Notes under the pieces: model-generated
Database searches by the model: none
What the model was told of the DNA's origin: nothing
What the model saw: only the letters and a program-made list of their open reading frames with translations
In this document: piece after piece, positions 11,078 through 19,774 of the stretch
How positions within the stretch are numbered: the first letter of the stretch is position 1
Layout: each line of letters opens with the position of its first letter
NCBI GenBank assembly: GCA_010093815.1
Contig: ML996579.1
Reading direction: 5' to 3' (one strand)
From: Pseudovirgaria hyperparasitica
Lineage: Eukaryota
DNA length: 26,867 bases
Program-made: the position numbers and the translations under genes

Positions 11078-12835
11078 ATGGCTAAGCCATCCCTTCTATC
11101 CAAGCTTCTTCCGCTACTACTGATTAATATAATTGGTAGCGTGTTTCTGAAGAAATACCACAGCAGCAACGACGCAGGAAGCGCCGTGAACCCTCTCTTG
11201 ATACAAGTTGCTGTCAACCTATCCGTATGGATCTCCTACAAGACCTTCATCTATCCCCGCTTTCTCAGTCGCCTCAGGTCACTACCGACAGCTAAAGTGG
11301 GTAAAAGAACAGTACGTGGAACTTGTTAATGCAGCTGATAGTGATCTCAGAGAACACTACCATTCATTGGCTATGGGCCTGTCCAATTCGCCGATGCCCG
11401 CGGTGAAACATTATTGAAAATGTCCGACACAGTGCCAAACAAAGGCTTGGTTCGGTTTCACGGATTTATGGAAAGCGAATGCCTCCTACTCACGAGTCCA
11501 GAAGCCACTCAAGAAGTACTTGTTCAAAAGTCATATGATTGGATCAAGCCGCCAGCGGCGAAAAAGTTGCTCGAATGGTGGTTCAAAACCGATTTGCTTT
11601 TTTCAACTGAAGGTGCTCGTCACCGTGAGATGAAGAAGAACATGACAGCATTCTTCAGTCTTGCGAAGGTGAAGGTCTTGTACCCACTTCTGTGGGAGAG
11701 GGCTCTTAAGATGGCCGATGAAATTGAACGTGCCGCCAAACTTGACACTTGCAAGAGCGGGACAGTTGATATCAAGCAGTTTGTATGGCAGCATACACTT
11801 GATACTACCAGGCGTACCATCTTTGGGGAGCAGATAGAGAAGTCTCCCCGTAGATATGAGATCATGAAGCTACAAGGATCGGTTTTGGGTACCACCTGGG
11901 ACATGAGAGTCTATTACGCTTTGAATGCCTTCTTGCCGAGGTGGACTGTGAACTTGATTCCCGGTGGTATCAGCGAGAGGGTCAAAAGCTCAAGCGAGGA
12001 TTTGACAAAGGCTATTAGCTCATTCATAAAAGAGGTGGAGTCAGAGACGTACTCAGCAAGTCTGCCTGGAATAGCTGTTCAAATGTCTCAAGCAGGATTT
12101 TTCACTGATGACGAGCTGGTAGCCAACATGTTAGGAATTGTCATTGCAGCGTAAGTCAATTTCACTAACATCGCATACGAACCTAATCCCACGCCACACA
12201 GAGTCGAGCCAACTGCAGCTGCCTTCCTTTGGGTTATATATTATCTATCGAAATATCCCGAGTGGCAAACAAAGGTCCGCGATGAGATGAAAACAAAGAT
12301 ACCATACTCAAGTGCCATTGGACAAACCGAAGTTGTCAACGTCGCCGATACATTTGAAAGCCTTACATATCTAGACGCTGTTTGTAACGAAGCACTACGA
12401 CTAATGCCAACAAACCCTACAACCAATCGTATTGCCAAGGATGACACAACGATACTAGGCCAGTATGTTCCCGCTGGGACAAAGGTCTTCGTCTCTTCAT
12501 ACGTTCTTGATCGCCACCCTCAGATCTGGGGTCCCACAGCTCGGGAATATAACCCGGGCCGCTGGCTGGAGAAGCGCCCGAACGAAAGGCTTGAAAAGCG
12601 TACTGGAGTGGCAACAAGCTCCCACGCGGGATTCTTACCTTTCTTACATGGGTCGCGCAAGTGTATTGGCTTCATGTATGCCCAGGCTGATATTCGCTCA
12701 CTCGTGGCGTCTCTTGTTGGGCGATTCGAGTTTGAGATGGCGGATCTTAATGAGAAAATCATTCCGGCTGGCGTACTTTCGAGCGCGCCCAAAAACGGTT
12801 TGAACATTCGCATTAAGAGAGTAGAGGCATGGTAG
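11078..12835 (+). CDS. Third cytochrome P450 (accessory, abl5-like by context), ~550 aa. Exons 11078-11296, 11351-12150, 12202-12835
   Basis: Hydrophobic N-terminus; two GT-AG introns (54 and 51 nt) join to 1653 nt in frame. Motifs: YLDAVCNEALR (ExxR), YNPGRW, heme PFLHGSRKCIG. The I-helix reads IAAVEPTA. Confidence 0.9.
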
Positions 12836-13220
12836 CATATTCGCGCAGTATGTCCGACATATCGGACAGCGATTTCTCAATGCTATACAGTTTCGATGGA
12901 ACGTGCGGATCGTGCATATAGTTCTCTCTGGTAGAGTAGCTAAATGTGGCTTAAGTTTTAAACTTGGCTTTCCATATATATGATGTGCCATTTCTCCGGA
13001 ACATTGAAGTATATTATGTAAACCTTTTGTCCGAAATGCTATCGTTGAAGTCCCAAATCTCCTGCAACGCCGAAACTTTTTGGCACTATAGGCAGTATTC
13101 TAGCCTTCTAGCATGACAATATGCTGTTCCCAAGACTATACAGCAGCGTTCTGGCACAAAAGCAAAATTGACTGTAAAAGTTCCCAAGTGGGACGAACGA
13201 TGCTCTCTTGTGGGCCGGAA

Positions 13221-15237
13221 TCAGACCAACCCGGCCTCTTCTGTCTTTATTGAATCGAGGAACAACCTGGCTGAGACATTGATGCTTCTCAGCCCATGTA
13301 ACGCATCCAATAGTATTCCTAGGTTGAGTTGGGATTTATCCACAGTCTCAATCGCATGCTGGTATTGACTTGCCTGGATATATCGCACCGCGGAAATCAA
13401 TGTAACTGGCATAAACATAGAACTCTGCAATAGTGTTAGATTGTCGCGCCAGGATCTCTAAACACGCGTCGATAAAAAACGTAGTAAGACACAAGAGAAT
13501 AATAGGACGCTAGTCAAGCAACACTGTAGATAGAGCTCAAGAGCTACCGGGTGTCAAATGTGTCTTCTAGTGGAACTAGACAGTCTACTCACTTTGAAGT
13601 TGGTAGGACACTGGTGGTGTGCAGAACACTGTGCTATTTCCGCTGCTGCTGCATGAGCTCGCCGTAAAGCCCTCTCCTTCACTTCCTGTTCTTCCATACT
13701 CTGTGCAGGAACACTGTCTATAGTCTCAGCGAGATGGATCGGCAGTAAGTGCGCAAACGAACGGGAGAAGATCTGCATAGGATCTTCGCTTGGCAATTCC
13801 TTAGTGCCTGGGGCATCGATACATCTTATACACTCCTCAGCAGCGTTGGAAAGCCATTCGTGTCGCGCTCGTATATCATTGATTCTCTTGAATTGAGGTT
13901 GAGTTCCATGGACCAGGCGTCGATGGGTAAGACACCGACCGTACAAGGTTGCCACCGTGACACACTGGGCAAATGGCGATAAGTTAACCGTGGTCAGATC
14001 GCTCATCAGCTCGGTTAGACAACCCATCTGGATCTGCACCGAACTTTGAAACCAGAGATCTGGTACTGGCAAGCGCAGTCGTATCTGTGCAAGCGTGATG
14101 AACTATCTCCCGGTCAACAACAGCGTAGGGCAGGGCTCACCGTTTCTTCATGCAAGGCCCAAGACATATCGTCTTTCTGGTGTAGAAGGCGATCAAAACA
14201 AAAAGCAAGCCAAAATGTACGTCTTTTCTCTTCTAGTTGGCTCAGTGCGTCATCTTGCGCTGAATGGCTAGAGGCATCCAGCTCGCCAAGGCGAGATCTT
14301 TGAACAAGACGAAGTGCCCGGGATACTGCGTATGCAGTCTGGCGATCTTCCTTGTGCATCCACTCATATACTCCGAGTAGAAGCCAGGCTTGAATCCTTT
14401 CTATTCTAATCTGCTCTGTAGGCCATGGCAGCCCATCATCACAATCATCTAAGCTTTCCAAATATTGAATGGCTTCGTGGTAAAGGAGCTCGCCAATGCT
14501 TTCATACTGTGCGGAGAAAGCGGCAGCGGATGCACGCATAGCTAGTCGAAGGCTGTTGCAAGCTGGGGGAGGGTCCTTTTGACTTGCCCACAATAGATAA
14601 TGATGCTTATGAATGATTGGTGCAGATGGATATACGCGATCGAAGAAAAGCTGTTCTCTAATATGAAGACATCAGATCCCAGATCGCAACTTTCGAATCA
14701 ACTTACAAGTCCATCAGGATAAGTGGTGATAGATGCGAGCCACTCTTCAACATCTGATAATCGGGTATTGGTATGGGCAGGAATAATGTCTCGAGTTGCA
14801 TTGCACTCGGTTCCGCACACATAGGCCCTTCCTGTGAGAGGTCATTAAACATATTGTCTAATAGTAGCATATCGGTCCCTGAAGTGTCAGTGTCGGTTGT
14901 ACCGAGGGATCCGCAGCTTATATCCGGTGAAGTGCCTTGCGTGCCCTGGGGAAGATCGTGCGACTGTGGCCGTCTAGCAAGTTGTCCCTCGAGTAAAGCT
15001 TCAGAATAGTTTCAGTTACCCGTCGCTCCTGGAAGGACGAAGTTTTTGTAGTTTACCTATCCGGTCCCTTAGCGCCTGGAGTTGCCCCTTCTTAGGACCA
15101 CGCTTTTTGCTATCGTGATATACACAAGCCGTGCCGGCCTCGTGGCATGCACCACACTCTGGTCTGACACGATCACATTTTGTCTTACGGCGTCTACACT
15201 GCCCGCAAGATAGGTGTTGGCTCTGTGTCAAAGACAT
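13221..15237 (-). CDS. Zn(II)2Cys6 transcription factor with fungal-specific TF middle domain, ~561 aa; likely the cluster-specific activator (abl7-like by context). Exons 15237-15057, 14998-14707, 14657-14141, 14084-13593, 13424-13221
   Basis: CGQCRRRKTKCDRVRPECGACHEAGTAC is C-x2-C-x6-C-x6-C-x2-C-x6-C, followed by KRGPKKGQLQALRDRI. Middle region: LFFDRVYPSAPIIH, IQAWLLLGVYE, EEKRRTFWLAFCFDR, LRLPVPD. Four GT-AG introns give 1686 nt in frame. The last exon is the least certain. Confidence 0.88.
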
Positions 15238-17359
15238 TTCTTGGTAGTTGAACGGACTCTGAGTTGTTTGGTCGATGGACAACGGCTAAGTTCGATTGCT
15301 TTAATATGAGACAAAGAGGCATGTTAGTTAGGACCTCGATTCGGATCGCCTTCATCAACAGCCTATAAGAAACCCAGTCATGTATAAGGACGTCAGACCA
15401 TGCTTCATTAGTAGTGGCAGTGAAGAATGCAACGACGTAAATCCGTTCACACCACTCTTTAGCTAAACACAATGCACTTGATTGATCTTTGCACGAGGAC
15501 ATGCTTGCTGCGACTCTATGTAGACTATTTCGTCACTGCATTAAGTTTTTGACTTATCCAGTCATTACGTGTTGCCTTGTGCCTTCGGATGTGTCTACGG
15601 TAGACCATCGCTTGCTATGCACGCTAGGGCTCAGGGTCATAGTGCCCCCGCCCGCTACAGTCAGTACACAGGGAAGATGCTTCTAAAATGTTACTCGTGG
15701 TGTTTGACGAGAAAGTTGATAACAAGCCGCGAGAGCTGGGGCCGATACGCATGAAGGTACTCTGCTCATTGAGGTAACTAGAGCGGTACGAGACTGTGGC
15801 ATGATTAGCTGTAGGCTTCATAGAATGAGGACTTAGCCGATACATGGCATGGGTAAATATGTGTGATTGGCAACTTGCAGTTATGAGATTCATGGCTGGG
15901 TGCTATGGTTTGTGATCTGTGGAATCCCCAGCCGTTCAAGTTTACCGTTGTTTCAGGATAAGCATGATATCATTCGTCGTAATTGGACCCCACAGTCTCG
16001 AACTTCCAAGCATCGTTGAAGGTCTTCCTTAGCCTTCATCAATAAGATAAATCAAGGTGGTGTTACTATAGGACTTTAAGCTTACTCGGGTTCGCCCGAT
16101 CTGTTGGGTTATCGACTGCCTATTGTTTCGGCACTGGAACGAGGATGCGATCTTGATGGCGTGAAGAATTATAACCACTTAATTCGACCTACCGGAGCAA
16201 GTTATGTAATCGGATGCGATGCACTTCGGCCTTGTCGGACCGAAGCTAGGCCTGGTCTATGAACGGCCCCACGGCACTTACGCCAAAATTAGGTTTACAA
16301 TTAACAGCCCGTGGGGTTTGGAACCGAATTCGGGATAAGTTCGTTTTCGGTTAGATACGGATAGGATACGCGCCGAAGTGTATCATGCCTGGTTTTAGTG
16401 CCAATGTCCCGTCAGCCCACATAGACTGATCCACTTACCTACGAGATACTTCCATAGCTCGTAGTAATCTAGACGTTTAGCGTCCATACCTATGATAGTT
16501 ACTAGAATTCTTACTCTCCCGTTCTAATAAAGAGGTTCTATCTAATTAATTTTCCTACGTAAGAGTCCTTATACATAAGGTGGATGCTATGTCGACTATC
16601 TCGGCTACGCTCTCTTAAGAGAGTAGTATAACTATCTAAATAGAAATAGGACCTAAAAAGATTCGAGATCATGACCTAATGGATAGGAACGAATGTGAGT
16701 GGCCTAAGTAAAGTAGGAAAATGGTCCTAGCATACATCGATATGTATTATGCCCACCGTATTTACCAAAGACTATCGTCTTTCTATAGAACGTGCGGATA
16801 GTATTAGACCGTTTTTCGCCGTTAACCTACTTATATATATAGTAAACTACTTCCTAGTATATTAGCTATGTACACGACGGGCCGATGCCATGATTAAGCG
16901 TGGAGATTCCCCTACAACCCCACGGTAATTAGACCCACGATCCGTCGGGCTCAAATGCATCGAACACTTTCAGCGCGACTCTTAGTAATCCCTCCGTAAC
17001 CTTTTCTACGTAACCCTTAGCACGTGTTACGCGCGTAATAGATACATTTTCTCTTATTCTTTAAAGATTTATATCTTCTCTAATAACTCTATTATAAAGA
17101 CTATCATGAAGGAGCCGTTCTTTCGATATACGAAAGAACGTGGCACGGGCCTATAGAGGAGCCATGCACGACTCTTGGCATGAAAAACGAGTAATCGAAA
17201 GAACACCTAAGGCAGAGTCGAAAGGCAGCCCTTCCCATGCCTGCACTATCACAAAACTTAGTAATAATACTTATCTATATATAAACTTATGTCCTTTCGA
17301 AAACGAAGTTAAACGGCCTAGTATTAGTAAAGATATAGGCTGGTGAAAAGGATGACTTT

Positions 17360-18110
17360 TTTGAAGTTCTGGTTTTGATGGGGTACTAGCTTAGAATCGG
17401 GGCTCGGCGTTTAGTAAGGAACACCAGAACCCCTCCAGAACCTCTATGTAAAACAAGCCACACCCGGCTATTAATAATGGCTGCACTCTCTCGAAATTTT
17501 AGAATAATACTCTTCTTTCGATTCTACTATGGGTATACTAAGAAAGTAAAAAGATATCTCCTCTCGTTCTATTTATAAAGAGGCGTCGAAGTTTGAAGAT
17601 TTTGGTAAGTGAGACTTCGATGGGGTACTAGCTCGGCACTAAAACCAGGGTCCACACAGTCGACTTTCCATAGAATACTACCACTTTTTACATAAGATAA
17701 GCCACACACGGCCATTAGTAATGGCTGCACTCTCTCGAAATTTTAGAGTAATATTCGTCTTTCGATTCTATTATAGGTATACTAAGAAACTTAAAGGATA
17801 CCTCTTCTCCTTCTATTTATAAAGAGCCGTCGAAGTTAAAGATTACCTTATACTTATATTCTAATAGGGTGCTACCTCTTTAGACTACTTAAATTCTAAT
17901 ATAAGATAAGCTATATATACCTATTAATAATAGCTGCACTCTTATAAAATTTTAGAATAATACTCTTCTTATAATTCTACTATAGGTATACTAAGAAACT
18001 TAAAAGATATCTCTTCTCCTTATATTAATAAAGAGCTATTAAAGTTTAAAGATTCTACTATATAAGACTTTAATGGGGTACTAGCTCGGCGCTAAATCTA
18101 GGGTCCTTCC
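17360..18110. repeat. Tandem array of ~3.3 copies of a ~210-245 bp unit, RIP-diverged
   Basis: Anchor GATGGGGTACTAGC-like sequence recurs near 17377, 17618, 17863 and 18073. The block AAGCCACAC..AATGGCTGCACTCTCTCGAAATTTTAGA..GGTATACTAAGAAA..ATAAAGAG..GAAGTT recurs near 17455, 17699 and 17909. Confidence 0.9.
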
Positions 18111-18700
18111 TAATATGGCTAGACTATATTTCCGACGGCCCTTCCGTTGGAAACCCTCTACTATTAATATTATTAAGTCTTCTATAGTACTCTCTCTTTA
18201 AACTAGACTAATTATAAGAAATATAAGTATATAGACTTAGTCTATACTACTAGATCTATCTATTATTAGACTTATAAGATATAAGATATATATATTAACT
18301 AGCTATAGAGTATATATATCTATTATAATAGATATAACTAAAGTATTACTATACTAGTAAATGAAGATATATTATAATTTAACTTAAGAAGTAAAGATAA
18401 ATCTATATAGATTATAGCTTAAGTATATAGATTAAATAAGATTATATAATATCTCTATACTAGTTCTATCTATTCTAGCTCTATTAAATAATACTTAAGA
18501 TAGAATAAAGCTAAAGTCTATAATATACTCTTATTCTCTAGAGTTTTATTTATATATTAGTTCTATAATTAGAGAAGATATATTTCTATTATAGTATATC
18601 TAGTTATATAATAATAGAGTAGTCTATTACTTCTATTATAATATATAAGATATATAAAAAGTAATAAGATCTTCTCTCTAATATAGTAGATCTAGTTATA

Positions 18701-19607
18701 TATTAGGTACGTGCCTACTAGTTAATTATATATGTATATAGTAGTCGTATATAAGTAGTATACTCCACCCTTAAAGTAGTAGCTTTAAGATTCGGTCCTT
18801 TTAGTATAGTTAGTTAGTATATAGAGCCNNNNNNNNNNNNNNNNNNNNNNNNNNNNNNNNNNNNNNNNNNNNNNNNNNNNNNNNNNNNNNNNNNNNNNNN
18901 NNNNNNNNNNNNNNNNNNNNNNNNNNNNNNNNNNNNNNNNNNNNNNNNNNNNNNNNNNNNNNNNNNNNNNNNNNNNNNNNNNNNNNNNNNNNNNNNNNNN
19001 NNNNNNNNNNNNNNNNNNNNNNNNNNNNNNNNNNNNNNNNNNNNNNNNNNNNNNNNNNNNNNNNNNNNNNNNNNNNNNNNNNNNNNNNNNNNNNNNNNNN
19101 NNNNNNNNNNNNNNNNNNNNNNNNNNNNNNNNNNNNNNNNNNNNNNNNNNNNNNNNNNNNNNNNNNNNNNNNNNNNNNNNNNNNNNNNNNNNNNNNNNNN
19201 NNNNNNNNNNNNNNNNNNNNNNNNNNNNNNNNNNNNNNNNNNNNNNNNNNNNNNNNNNNNNNNNNNNNNNNNNNNNNNNNNNNNNNNNNNNNNNNNNNTT
19301 TAGCTTACCACGTTATATATACTTTATATACGTGACGGATAATATGGTAGTAACGTTACTACGGTAAGTTAGCGTATCTAGTACTAGAGGCGGCATTATA
19401 AATATTAATTATATGCACATGGTTTATACTAGGCCTAGTATAACTAGCGCGTATACTAGGCCTATTATAGCTAGTTTAGTTTATCTTTTATAAGGTAGAT
19501 ACCTATAACGTGTAAGGGTACGCGCCTTTAAAAAGGGGAGATATTATTAGGCACGTGCCTACTAGTTAATTATACATGTATATAGTAGTTATATATAAGT
19601 AGTATAC
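18701..19607 (+). mobile_element. Small LTR-bounded element (possibly TRIM-like/non-autonomous), RIPed, spanning the gap; 3' LTR interrupted at 19608
   Basis: Direct repeat TATTAGG(T/C)ACGTGCCTACTAGTTAATTATA..TAAGTAGTATAC at 18701-18763 and 19545-19607, with TA probably RIPed from TG. The second copy is preceded by a polypurine tract AAAAAGGGGAGA (19530-19541). Confidence 0.6.
18829..19298. other. Assembly gap (470 N)
   Basis: Run of N. Confidence 1.
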
Positions 19608-19774
19608 TGTGGAAGGCCGCTCCTACAGCCCTACATGTATGTGTCCCTAGCTCGATTACATGGCTTCATTATATATTTAAGGAGAGCGTTTTCCTTGGTC
19701 ATTCTACTCGGCGCGCTTCCCCTATCACTAATATTTGACTATTCGATCTTTCCTTATGTTTATAGGCCTCTATA
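19608..19774 (+). repeat. Putative 5' LTR (~167 bp) of the Gypsy element
   Basis: Starts TGTGGAAGGCC exactly where similarity to the host repeat breaks off. Ends GGCCTCTATA, an imperfect RIP-compatible inverted match to the start. TATA-like TATATATTTAA inside. The second LTR is not in the window to confirm. Confidence 0.6.

Noticed and set aside
15194..15893. Short overlapping ORFs upstream of the TF as small proteins or effectors
   Set aside because: No convincing signal peptide, motif or splice structure; mostly non-ATG starts; consistent with chance ORFs in promoter DNA.
18129..18153. Hairpin TTTCCGACGG-CCCTT-CCGTTGGAAA as a Helitron 3' end
   Set aside because: A minus-strand CTAG lies nearby, but it is not followed by T and no Rep/helicase remnant or 5' end is visible.
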